A stretch of 55,241 nucleotides of DNA, counting the filler, from Bipalium vagum (taxonomy: Eukaryota): assembly GCA_037834085.1 (NCBI GenBank). It is 3 parts of 3 records of this genome, joined end to end, with 100 filler letters (N's around TTAATTAATTAA, not from the genome) between each part and the next. Parts side by side here need not be neighbours in the genome. Positions count along the whole stretch, not along the records: positions 1 to 23,035 come from JBBMKC010213807.1; positions 23,136 to 39,118 come from JBBMKC010134779.1; 1 more part is not named here. One strand, 5' to 3'. Below, piece after piece: positions 12,601 through 24,600 of the stretch. Under the pieces are notes generated by a model. That model had not been told where the DNA came from, did not search any database, and saw only the letters and a list, made by a program, of their open reading frames with translations. The number at the start of each line of letters is the position of its first letter. Position 1 is the stretch's first letter. Both the position numbers and the translations under genes were made by a program.

Positions 12601-15600
12601 CTATTAATTGATTCGCGATTTCTCAGGGTTTTTCGGTAATAGTTTGAGGTTTGAATAATAATTTTAAAATAAAAGAAATTAAGTTAACCTATCAAATTAC
12701 CTATTCAAACCTATTTTTATGTAGTTTTTCTATTATTGATTAATTTTTGATAAATTAAAACAACTTTTTAATGATTTTAAATGCTCACATGTCTACGAGA
12801 TTTTCAAGTACTTTAAAATAAGATGAATTCACAAAAATTTTATTATTTCTCGACTTTAGTCTTTCATTGATCGAAATGCGTGTCAGAATGTGAATTCCAT
12901 GTTAATCAAATATTAAAAAAATTAAAATATCCTGCTATTATCATAGTCAAAATATTTAGACAGGATATTTATTGGATTTATTTGAATGTTATAATTCTTA
13001 TGGAAATTGCATAATTCTATAATGAATTTCAGAATCGAGGAAGCATACTCTTTTCTGATAATTTCTGGAATTGGTGGAGGATCAGATAATAAACTGGTAC
13101 AAGAAATATCTAAGCCAGAACATAATTCTAAAGATGAATCAACGAATGAGGATTCACAAACGGTTAGAAGTTATGATACTTCTTTGATGTGCAAATATAA
13201 TCATTTCAATAATGGAAGCTTAAGTAGTTCCGTAAAGAGTGCTGACGGTACTACCTTAGAGGTTAGCCCTGGTTCTTAGGGTGATGTTCACTATTTTTAA
13301 AGGAACTTGGTTTATTTAACAAAAAAATTAAGTATGGAAAATCATTTCCAGTTTTTTAAAATTATTTTTCTACAAATACCTTTGTACACAATAAATGCTA
13401 TTACCCGATCAATAATTGATTATCCCCAAAATTGATATTATTATTGTCCTTGCAGTCATTTGAAATTTCTTAAAATATTAGATTTATTTATTCTATATTC
13501 TCTTTGAATCTTAAAAATTTTTAACTTGTAGAAAAAGCACTTGTAGAAAAGTACTTGTCATTAAATTCCAGTCGTTAAACAATTTTTCATAATTTGATTA
13601 TTTTTTCTTAATAAACTTCCAGATTTTGGTTGGTTTTATTCTATCATTTGATAATTATATAAATTTTTCTCCACGATCCATCGGATATTTATTTTCTATT
13701 GAGAGTTCTTGTTTGATAATCTTAAAAATTTCTACTTTTATAGTAATTATTTCAATTTTCATTGGATGTTATTATCTAAATTCTTTTATAATAAAAAATG
13801 CATAATATCATTTCAGTGCCGTAAGAAAAATCGATTTCATTTTATAAAATTTAATTTTTTCATTAAATTTTCGGATCTACTAGATCCGACAATCACATGA
13901 GTGTCAAATTTAATCGGTAACATAACGTGATTGTGAGATTTAATAGAACCAATTTGTGATTATCAGATTTAATTGGTTATATAAATGTATTTAAATGTAT
14001 ATATTAAAATTCTTATTAATTACAATGGATCCTTCATTTTTAGATGTGTTATATTTATTCAAAGATAAAAAAAAAAAACCGAAAAACAATTAATAAGATG
14101 TGAGCAAATTTGTTTTGCTTGTAAGGAAACAATGTCCTTTAAAATGGTAAAAGTGACATCAGATGGCTGTGTTTGAAGATGTGTGGACTACAAATTCACA
14201 AAATACAGATCATACGGAAGATTATGTACTGAAATAAAACAGGAATGCAAGATATCTGCTCCAATATATATTCGACTTAGGAACTTTTTAATAAAACAGA
14301 TAAAAGAATATTGGCTAAATAAATAAAATATAAGATGGTCTTGGTAAAATAATACAGTGTTATAAGACCAAAATAAACCACAATGTCAAAGCTCATAGAG
14401 GAAGGACATATATTACACCAACTATATATATTACGTTGGTATTAAGCACTGTAGACACGTCCTTTAAACGAGGAACGGGATACGCTGAAATTATACTCGA
14501 TAAAAGAGCATGTACTATTTTTCCAATAATTAAAAAAGTAGTTAAATTCGATTCGACAATATAAAAAGATGAAGTTCGATCTTATTTTGCCTTGGGTAAA
14601 ACAAATTCATGATATGCACATCACTCTGTTGTTTATAAGTACCACTTTTTGACCCAAAAACAGGATTTCATACACAAAATTTGGAAAGTTTTAATAATAA
14701 ACTGACAAGATCAAAGACAGAAAAGGAATTGGTGAAGATAGTTTACATAACGTGATTACTAGATTTAATAGCATCACTTGATTGTAAGATTTAATAGAAT
14801 CAAATTTTTTGAAGAAAATCGAGATTTTAGTTTCACCGATTCAACCAATAATTGATTAAAAAATTAAAATCTTTAATAAATGAGTCTCCGTTATGAAATT
14901 GAAAACAATAATCTTAAATGATTGAGTCAATTAATGTTTTTTTTTAATAATTTTTCTCTCAGTAATTTTCTTATTAAGATTTTGTGAATTTTTCTTAGAT
15001 TACTGATTCCAGTGTAATTGCTGATGCACTGAAAGAATTTGAAGAACAAGTGTTCCGACTTCAATTACACAAAGGTACCAGTGAGATATTGACTGAATCC
15101 ATGGTAATGGAAGTAAGAATTTGATATTAGTGTTATATTAATTTATTATTGATCGAAAAAATATTTCACAAAATTATTTTTAATTTCTTAAACACTGTTG
15201 GATCAATTCAGTGGCAGTAAATATGTTGATTTTCAGTTATTTTATCTTTAAAATGCTTTTTAATTGGGTGTCTCAAAATAGAAAAGGATAAATTTTTATT
15301 TTTAACTCAAGGTATCTATATAATTAATTTTTTACTTGTAACTCAAAATTTTCCGGTTAAATTTATTTATTTAAAATTGCTAATAGTGTCTGTCTGTAAA
15401 CTGCTATATTGTTTGTTTTGAAATCTTAAAATTATAAATAAATGAATTAATCCGAATCTTTAGTAATGTGCAATTTTGTAATGTAAATATAATTAATAAT
15501 AAATATTGATTGATACATAAAATAATAATAAATAAATATACCATTTTGAAAAAAGAATAATTAAATAGCCAATACTATTTTTAAGCTAAATTTAGCAATT

Positions 15601-18600
15601 CAAATGATTTACTTAATAAAATTGGTATGAGTTTATGTTTATGTGAATATTTATGTTAGAATGTACATTAATTAATATAGATAAATTACTTTTCGTTTAC
15701 TTATTGCACTAGTTTTAATGAAAACATTATAATGTAATGAGTTTCATTTCTAAAAAAAAATCCGAAAAGAAATGGAAACAAACTAAATAAAATTGTTTGA
15801 TAAATTAAATAACGTTTCAGTAATTACCATAAAATAATATTTTTTTCTTAAACTCCATGAAAATGTAAATTAATTAAACCTTGAAATTACACAATCAAAA
15901 AATTAAAGTTAACAAACAAAAATTTTGAATTGTTTTAAAGAAGAATTAAATTTGGTTTTAATATTTGCATTATACTTATCAGTTATCAAAGATTCAAATG
16001 ATGAATAAAGTACAAAGGTATTTTGCATTTATTAGTTAAAAATAATATTAAAAATTAACCAGTTATCTTGTTGATAAAAACATACTGAATTCAATCACAA
16101 CAAATCTTAATTAACAGTGTTCCAACTAATTATTGTCGCACCTTGAAAATATAATTAATCATAACTAAGTGGAATAAATAATTGAAAAAATCTTTTTGAT
16201 TATTGTATTATGCGTGAAATATTTGTAAGATTTTTAAAACAACTTTTGGTTAACTAATCAACTATTTACTTAACATAAAACTGATTTTTTATATATCAGA
16301 TAATTAGTTCCAACTAATTATTGCCGCACTAATTTAAAATTGAAATTATTTAAATCTAATTATATAAATTAAACGTTTGAAGATTAAATATTAAATATTA
16401 AATGACGCCGGAAAAGCGAAGAGATGGATCAGCACTGAGATAGGGAAGAATGAAAGTAGTATAAGATACTTTTTGAAGAATAAAAAAAGAAAAGAATACA
16501 TGGGGTCTTAAGGTGAAGATTTCCACAGCAACGAAGCTTTCCTTTATTAGGAATGCCAGCAACCAAAGCATATCCTGTGCGAAAATAAAAACGCTATTCA
16601 ACCTAAATTGGTCCGTAGAGAGTATAAGAAAGACTTTAAAATAATCTGAGACGATCCGATATAAGATGTCGGTAAAACCCCATTTGAGACCACAACATAA
16701 AATCAATCGTGTCTGCTAAACTAAAGAGAAAATTTCGTGGGTCACCGAATGGGAAAAAATCATCTGGAGTGACGAGAAGTTTAATTTGGATGGACCTGGC
16801 GGTTACGCATATTATTGGCATGATTTGCGGAAGGAGGAGATATCTTTTTCGAAAAGACACACTGGAGGAGATTCCTTGTTGATTTGGGGTTGTTTGGGAA
16901 GCAATATGAATCAATTTCAGAGCTGGAACGAGAGGCAATTCGCTGTTGGGAAGGAACTGATAACAGCGTTCTGCGAGCTTTGCTAAATTCTATGCCAAAT
17001 AGAATTTTTTTATATATTTTATTTATTATATTCTTTTTTCTTATATACATTAATAGGATGGATATATTGTTATATTACTTATATATAAATATTGATAACT
17101 TTGATAGCTTCTACATACAAAAAAATATGCATTTGCTTAGTGCGGCAATAATTATTTGGAGCACTATATTAATAAAAATTCCTAGAGTTTAATTTTTTGT
17201 AGATATTCTTGTTCTTGATATCATATTACATTTTACGTGATAAAGGTTTTAATTTGTTTATTAATTAATTTGTCAATAGAACTTAGTGTGGTTAATATGC
17301 TTAATGTATGAAAATATAAACTTCACAACATTGTATCGAAATATGTGGCAGATATAAAATATAATATAATGAGTGTATCCCATAATGGATATCTTATTTT
17401 GTGAATGTACTATGGTGGTTACAAAAAAATTCAAGATGTTGATGTGTCTTTCGTTTTTGTTTAAAAAATTCATTGGAAAAACGAGCTGAAATAATGCAGT
17501 TGAATAAAAACTGTTTATTGTAAAGATGCCTTGAATCACAGGAATCTATTGAAGTGGTATTCCAGATTTCATAGTAGAAGTAAGCGCATAAAGATAATTC
17601 TCGACTGGTCCTCCTATGACTAAAAGATTTGAAGAAAACTGTGCAACGTATCACAAATATAAAATATAAAATGATGCTTTTGGGTTTGGAACCGTATGAT
17701 TTCTACCAATTACGAAAATTTAAATTTCCTATAAAGGAAAGCATTGTGATTTCATTCTGCACATCTTAACAATGTTTTCGTTTATATTTCTAAGAAAATT
17801 GCCACATTAATTTGAAATATTTTATAACCGCATGCAAAGTTGTATCTCATTTTAAATAAACGTATTTAATATGTTCATATTTTAAGATATGTTTTTTATT
17901 TCACATCGCTGTCATCCCCTTTTTGTTTAAATAGTTACATTGTGTGAAATTATTAACAAAACATTAAAGAAAAAATTATCATGCTTAGTTTTCTTTGTTA
18001 ATTTACATAAAAATTGTTTTAAAAGGAAAATCTTTTTATAAATTTAATTATTTAAATATTAACAATTATTTATTTTTTTGTAATTTTACCTAAAAATGAA
18101 TATCAAAATTAAAAGACCTTAATCAAAAAGTATTTTTGTTAATGAGATAAAAATTGTCACTGTCACCGATTATTGTATTTTTTTCTTAAATAAAATTAAT
18201 TTATTTCTAAAATATATTCTCCCGTTATCTTGATAATCATTTAAAATAAAATTAATTGAATATTTTGTTTGTAAATCATTATCACAGCTCTCGGTGAATT
18301 TACCTCCAAATCTTGTTGGAAGCAACCTGTTTTTAGTCTATCAAACAGGCACTCATGGATACAATCTGGGTACAATATATCGAAAGATGAAATCGACAAG
18401 TTCTCCTTCACTGCTGCTTATTAAAGATAATTCAAACACAGTAATAATAATAAATCGATTTAATTATGACATTTACCAAATAAAATAGGTCTTTGGTGCA
18501 TTTATGTCCGATAATCTCCATCTCAGCACTCATTATTATGGGACTGGAGAAACATTTGTTTTCCACTGGAAGCCGGATTTCAAAGTGATATTTTTTAGTT

Positions 18601-19802
18601 AGAGAAATTTTCATTAGTTTCCATTCTTGATCAGAAGTATGAATGGACGAGAGAAAACAGTTTTTTTATGAAAGGCAATCGAGACTGCTTTGCAATTGGA
18701 GCCAGAAGGTTGGTAGATTATTGATAATTTCGATCAATATTTTCGATTGAGTTATACAAACTCTGTATGTTCTACACTCCGAATCTCACACCATGTGTAT
18801 ATAAAATATGAACCAATTTACGACTCTGTCACCTGTAAGCTTAACTTTCAGTTTCAAGTTTTGATTGTGTTTTAATATATGAAGTGAACGGAATTTAAAA
18901 ATATCTTCATAATGGATTTCCAAAACCAAAAAATATTAATAAAAAGCGTGATTTGTTTATTCTGTAAATTAATATTATTAACTTTAAGTTTCTTTTAACC
19001 CCTGACAATGTTTATAATAGGTCGCTCTTACTCCCCAATTTGAATTACTTATTAAGAGAAAACTGGATTAAAATATCATTAATTTTCATTTATACTTTAG
19101 TTTTTAAAAAAAAACAACTACTTTCACTAATATTTGAGATTTCAATTTTATTTCCTGTTTTATAAAAAAATCAATGCTTTATAACGATTTTTTCTACAAT
19201 TTCGACTAATATCCTTAAATCTGATACCGACAATACCAACAGTGATATCATAGTTTGTTAATTTCAATTAAAATTTCGATTTGCTGATGTCTTTAATGAG
19301 CTAAATCAAATAACAAAAATTTCTTTCTGTTATTATAACCATAGGAACAATGTATTTTTAATTATAGAAAAAATTGATATATTTAACGTTGTTATATTTT
19401 GCTAAATGAAATAGTTTAGCACTCAAATTATTAAATTACCGCAGTAATAAACGATAAACACTTTCTGTTCTGGCTTTATAGTTTAAAATAGGAACACGCT
19501 TAAATTCAAACTTTTGAAACAACCATAATTACTATCACTTTTTTTGATTTAGTGGTCACAGTGCAATTTGGTTTGAGGATACTTTAAACTATGGGCGCAG
19601 CGAACCAACAGACACGTTCGAGAATCCAACACTGTGTGGCAATTGCAATGAGGATGACAGAAGAAGTGCAGAAACGACAATCATTTCATTATCCAATAAA
19701 TCAAACGCTGATGTAAATAACGGTTCTCAAACTGAAAATTCGGGACACCAAGAATTTTATTTTGTTATTAGTTGTCTCGAAGTGTGGCAGTTCATTGTGT
19801 GA
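3616..19802 (+). CDS. OXR1: Oxidation resistance protein 1 / NCOA7 family (LysM + GRAM-like + TLDc), 12 exons, 547 aa
   Basis: Exons: 3616-3630, 3674-3805, 3848-4051, 5223-5416, 7148-7188, 9629-9770, 13033-13261, 14999-15112, 18288-18440, 18489-18584, 18635-18708, 19553-19802. All introns are GT-AG with matching phases; total 1644 nt. Motifs: LysM (YIVEDGDTLQRIAVKFNCTPSYLASINKL...LFPGQKLKLP), OXR1-type SGTLLITPKFLVFDP and FGIPKERIEEAYSFL, TLDc (LVYQTGTHGYNL, VFGAF, YYGTGETFVF, GRSEPTDTFEN, LEVWQF). The 41-bp exon 5 is the least certain. Confidence 0.92.
5991..6375 (+). mobile_element. pogo/Tigger-like DDE transposase remnant (OXR1 intron 4)
   Basis: Translation VFNFDETGLFWQL and RITHLIGANMSGNKK (pogo/CENP-B-like DDE motifs). 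Motif CTCGTTACTATGYCAC occurs near 6005 and 6357. Confidence 0.7.
7600..8320 (+). mobile_element. Possible highly decayed Mutator/MULE transposase remnant (OXR1 intron 5)
   Basis: Weak motifs in MULE order: ATDFCTGSANEIK (cf. TDFExAxxNAxK), FEIQ..W plus an RTN-like stretch near 8070-8120, and KFIIVNERL. Confidence 0.3.
13871..14805 (+). mobile_element. Merlin / ISXO2 (IS1595-like) transposase remnant with flanking ~27-bp repeats (OXR1 intron 7)
   Basis: Decayed frames give a zinc ribbon CFACKETM...DGCV*RC, then GLGKIIQ...KINHNVKAHRGR, TIFPIIKKVVKFDSTI*KDEVRSY, and DPKTGFHTQNLESFNNKL, which are ISXO2/Merlin DDE motifs. Confidence 0.8.
16115..17166 (+). mobile_element. Internally deleted Tc3-like (Tc1 family) element with TIRs (OXR1 intron 8)
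   Basis: 27-bp inverted ends 16115-16141 and 17140-17166 (23/27 match), plus an inner direct copy at 16307-16330. Translation EWEKIIWSDEKFNLDGPGGYAYYWHDLRKE...GGDSLLIWG is joined directly to the C-terminal KQYESISELE...LLNSMPNRIF. Confidence 0.88.
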
Positions 19803-20122
19803 TGAATGATGGACTTTTATAAACGATATTCAAAGAATTATTATTTTCATAATCAAATTTTTACATAACTCGATTTTCTTTAGAATTTTGATTTGTTGTA
19901 CAACGTTAGAAAAATGTAAGTCATGTCAACACATCTACACACAAAAAAATTTGATTGTTAATGGTTGTGAATTACTAGTATCTCATTTTATTTGTCAAAA
20001 ATATTGTAGTTTTAAATAATTATTTAGAAAATACATTTTAATACTTCAGATTTTCTTTTATTCGACTAAAACAAAGACTCAGTTTTTTATGTATTTATTA
20101 ATAATAAATTGAATGACAACAA

Positions 20123-20347
20123 TTATAAAATAATACAAGACTTTTTTTCCAGAAACGGATTCTCTTTCAATGGATACAGTAATGGATCACTATTTGCATT
20201 ATTGTAACAATATTCCATAAAATCATTAATAGTTTTGCTTAGCTGGAGCCTTTCTAATTTAATTATGTTTTTTAAATTTTCTAATTCACGGGTTTTCATT
20301 TCTATTTCAGCTTGACGAGAATTTTCTTCAACTACTGCAGCAGACAT
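20123..20347 (-). CDS. Heterotrimeric G-protein gamma subunit, 74 aa, single coding exon
   Basis: GGL-domain pattern ER..LS....DFMEYC......DPLL....ENPF and a C-terminal CAAX box (CIIL). Confidence 0.93.
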   Translation of the reverse strand: MSAAVVEENSRQAEIEMKTRELENLKNIIKLERLQLSKTINDFMEYCYNNANSDPLLYPLKENPFLEKKSCIIL

Positions 20348-21699
20348 TAAAAAATTTAATTTAATGCTTAGTTTTTGTTTATTGAAATTAATAAATCATT
20401 TTAATGAAACAAATTATAACTTGTTTTTCCAATAAAATATTAAATTTATAAAATCATTTTAAAGATTTTATATATAAAAAATAACATTCAAAATTTTATA
20501 CTGTACATTAATTTTTAATTTCGATATTAGACAATTTTAAATTTGAATTAAAATATATAATCTAAGTAAAATTTCATGATCTTTAGTAAATTTTTTATTT
20601 TCAGTTTAATTTTAAAATAAATCTAATATAATATATCATTATATGAAAAAATTTTGCGAGTTAGGTAATTAATAAGACTAATTTCAATATTTTTAGAAAA
20701 TATTTAAAGTTAAATTGAATAAATTATCTCTCACCATTTCACTAATCTAGGATATCTTTGAAGCAAACAAAACTTTATCTTAAGATTCACAATGATTTAT
20801 TATAATCTTATACGATCATCGATCAAATAAATTAAAAGATATGATAATAATTAAGTTCTTACTAAGAATAATTTTAATTTCTTTACACAAATACTATCGA
20901 TGATAATAATATGATTAGATTGGATCTTGTAGTTGGCTAATTTATTGATGGATAGAAAACTAAAAGTAATGGATATCATATTCAAAATAGATATATTCTA
21001 GAGATTTTCATTAGATTAGGTCAAAGTGTATCTATAATAATTAATGTGATGAATCTTGAACTAACTATGGATTCATCTAGGAATGTACAAGGTTGGTTAG
21101 CGGGATAAAAATTGAAGTTTTAGTGTTTTGGAGATAAGATAATAATTGATAAGATGTTATTGAGCCAAATATGAATCTGAGCTCCCATCAGAATTGATTT
21201 TCATCCTGTCATAAACTCGTGTTTATATTTAGAAAAATATTAATCAGCTTTTGTATTAAATCTGACTAAAAATATCTAATGGTTGTGTTGGCCACGCGGG
21301 TCAATAAACATAAGTTTGAAAAATATATTTATATAAATTGTTGAGGTTTGACTTCTCTTGTTATCGCTCCCAAAATATATCTAAAAATAAAATAATGAGA
21401 AAAATTATTTGGGACACATTTTAATAGTTATTTTTCGCTAGCTATTATCATTTATATTTATATAAATGATTTTATTTAATTAATTTATTTATATTTATAT
21501 ATATAATTATAATATATTATTATAAAAAATTTTTATAAAAATGTTTCCTTTCTCCAAGGACTGCTTTTCCCTACTACAGAGTGCACCAAGGGTCCCTTCC
21601 TACCTATTTAATTAAAATAGAAGTCAAAACGTAATACATAAATAAAAAATTTTATTAATACAATATATTTCAATAGAAGCATAATCTTTTTGGTTTACT

Positions 21700-21945
21700 T
21701 TTTAAAGATTATGTCTTTTAAATGATGGCCGCCAGAGCGCTTACAAATTTCAGCTCTTTTTAAAACATTTTTCATTTTTGATACCAAGATTGTTTAAGTT
21801 ATAGCCGTTATTTTTTCTTTAATATTATTTTTTAACATTGTTAATGTATTGATATGTATATTCTGTTTTAAATAGCCCCAAAGGAAAAAATCAGGAGCCG
21901 TCAAATTCGGTGATCTGAGAGGCCAAGGAAAATCCGAATTTCTTG
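21700..21945 (-). mobile_element. Tc1/mariner-superfamily transposase C-terminal remnant (WPPRSPDL type)
   Basis: Minus translation PWPLRSPNLTAPDFFLWGYLKQNI and CKRSGGHHLKDIIFK. Confidence 0.75.
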
Positions 21946-22204
21946 AAATTATTCGATTATTAATTGAGTCTTATAAATAAAATAAAATAATAAATTAATT
22001 AAATAATAAATAAATTAAATAATAAATTAATAAAATTAATTTTTCTTTATTTTATTTTGTTGAATTAATTTTATTTTATTAAATAAAAGATTAAAAAATT
22101 AAATATTATACTTTTTTAATCTTAATCTTGTGAACAATATAAATTTATTTTTCCAATATACGCCTTTTATTAAATGAATACAAAATTTATTCAAATATAT
22201 ATTT

Positions 22205-22255
22205 TAGTGAAACATGTTTTCAACTTTTATTTTTCAGTCCTTCATCAGTCAATGT
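22205..22255 (-). ncRNA. Degenerate type I hammerhead-ribozyme-like motif
   Basis: Minus strand TTGA-CTGATGA-AGGACTGAAAAATAAAAGTT-GAAA-ACATGT-TTCA: core boxes plus a palindromic loop. Stems I and II are imperfect. Confidence 0.3.
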
Positions 22256-23035
22256 TTTTGAATTTTACATTTTAAATCGCTAAATAACGGTATCTAAAAA
22301 TTAAAAATTATTTTTCTTAATTATTATTTGATAAAATAATAATGAGTGGTAGTAGTATGTAAAACACGACCTTGAACCCTGACCTCAAATTCTCCCACAA
22401 GGTAAAAAAATCAAATTACCAAATTACGACATAGGAAAGTACGACATTATCAAAATATCAAAATACCAACTTACCATAATAACAGAATTAACATAATAAC
22501 AAAATACTTTTACCTTTTATTTATTTATTTTTATAAAAAATGGATAAAAAATGGTATTGTGAAATTTGTGATAAAAATGTTTCTAAGAAAAATAAATCTC
22601 ATCATGAAGTTACAAGAAAACATGAAAAAAAATAAATGAAGAAACAATGATATCAACGATAACAATGAGAAAACAAGGAATAAACAACGAAGAAATAATG
22701 AGAAAATAAAAAATGTAACGAAGTTACTTTCACTACATACCCGGGTTTTTTCTAAGCAAGGTGGAGATTCAATATCTCATAGAGGTGGTGATTGGACAGA
22801 ATCAACGTCGACTTATAGAGGCGGTGATATTAAAGCAGCAATAACAAATAATAAATTTTTAAACAAATTTACTACAGGAAAATATCCAGGTGAATTACAC
22901 CTAAAATCTTTAAACCCTTTTAACAATACATTAGGAGTGTTTTGATTCAGCTTTTAGGGTGCGGATAAAGTAATACAGTGTTCATTTTGGTTTTAAATTC
23001 GAAGAAACGAACACAACACATTAAAGTGAGGAGTT

Positions 23036-23135
23036 NNNNNNNNNNNNNNNNNNNNNNNNNNNNNNNNNNNNNNNNNNNNTTAATTAATTAANNNNNNNNN
23101 NNNNNNNNNNNNNNNNNNNNNNNNNNNNNNNNNNN
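23036..23135. other. Artificial assembly linker N44-TTAATTAATTAA-N44
   Basis: Exactly 100 bp; the central 12-mer gives stops in all six frames; an identical copy is at 39119-39218. Confidence 0.97.
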
Positions 23136-24339
23136 ATTATTTGTTCAAAAGAAGATATTTTCTTTGGCTAGATCACTTTGAAATTCAAGAATTGATTTTT
23201 TTCGCAATTTATTATTGTTAGAAAAATATTACAAAAAATTGTAATTATTTTTTCAGATGTACTATTGTAATATAATATGTGAAAAGTATTTTTATTTTGG
23301 AAACTTTCCAATTATGAAATTTTGTGAATGGATAAAGATTAGGAGTGTTGGATGATTATAAAAGTAGAGTCGAAGTAATTTTGACTTCATTCTACTGAGT
23401 ACCTTGTTGGGCAATTTATTATTTTATTTATATTTTCTGTTAGGTATTTGAATTGTTCAGTTTATATGGCTGTTTAAAGTCAAGGGAGCTCTGAAATTTC
23501 TTTTTCTGTTCATGCAAGATAGAGCGAAAAACTGCTTTTGGTGTGGCTTTGATTATTTTTTTCAGAAATCCATCTTCTCTTTTTTCACTTAAGAAAAAGT
23601 ACAAAGTGTAGTGTAAAAAAGCATGTCACATTCCATTGACACAGAGGGCCCAAAAAATATTCATAATTTAATAAATAATACCGTATTTGAAAAACTATCT
23701 AACAAATCAGGACTTGAAACCCATAAACTTTCATTGTAAAATTATCAAAGATTATTACGATTTATAACCTTTGGTAGAGCGTTTCGAATTCAAAGTTCTT
23801 ACGAAATAAATCTTCGATGAGAGACACCCAAGAAAGATGGATTCATGTTTAAACTACTTTCTAAATTGACAATTATTTGTTTTGCCGAAAAGATTACAAA
23901 TTTCGAAAGTAAATCCTGTCTTGTATTTTTATCTAGGTAATAAGATGATTGTGGATATGGTGATGCTTTTTTCAGTTATATAACTGATAGCTAATTAAAG
24001 TTTGTTTTAAATGATTCTTGTACAGGCAACATAAATTCATTTACAAGACGTAGAGGTCAAATGTAAAGTTTGTAAAATGTGAATTATCGATAAATGCTTT
24101 TTTCATAAAAATACTTGAATCTCTTTTTCAGTTACAATTTGTATTAAATTCATTCAACTTTTTTGAATTAATAATGAAAAATGAGCTGACCATTACAATT
24201 TCCAGTTTCAAATCTTCTGTTGTTGATATTGTTAGAGATTCCAATAAAGCTTGCAAGCCTCTCTTGTCTAACTCTGAAGGGTCTATTTCTCTGAAGGAAC
24301 TATTTTCCACATTTATCCAATGTCGTCTCTTTTGTCTGG

Positions 24340-24600
24340 TCTAAATCAAAGAATCCAAGGTACATTAACAGTAGTAGCTAACAGAAAAAGTTTTATTCTG
24401 CAACACGATAACGGTAGACCTCATGAATTGGTGAAAATTAGACAGGAGGTTCTTTCACATCTGTTTTTATCACCCAGTCATTGGTCTGTGAGATTTTCAC
24501 CACTTCTTCTCGTAACAACAATTTTTGAATGAAAAACGAGTTTGATTCAAGTGGAATTGATTTGCTGCATGAAAGATGGATAATCATGTCAATTATTATA
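24340..24600 (+). mobile_element. mariner transposase remnant
   Basis: RKSFILQHDNGRPH ... GIDLLHERW motifs. Confidence 0.7.

Noticed and set aside
13891-14800. ~27-bp repeats as a CRISPR-like array
   Set aside because: Units are degenerate and near-tandem with no unique spacers, lie in a eukaryotic intron beside a Merlin transposase, and have no cas genes nearby
23700-24310. Coding-like minus-strand stretch, possibly a hAT transposase relic
   Set aside because: Only vague similarity with many stops; cannot be supported without a profile search
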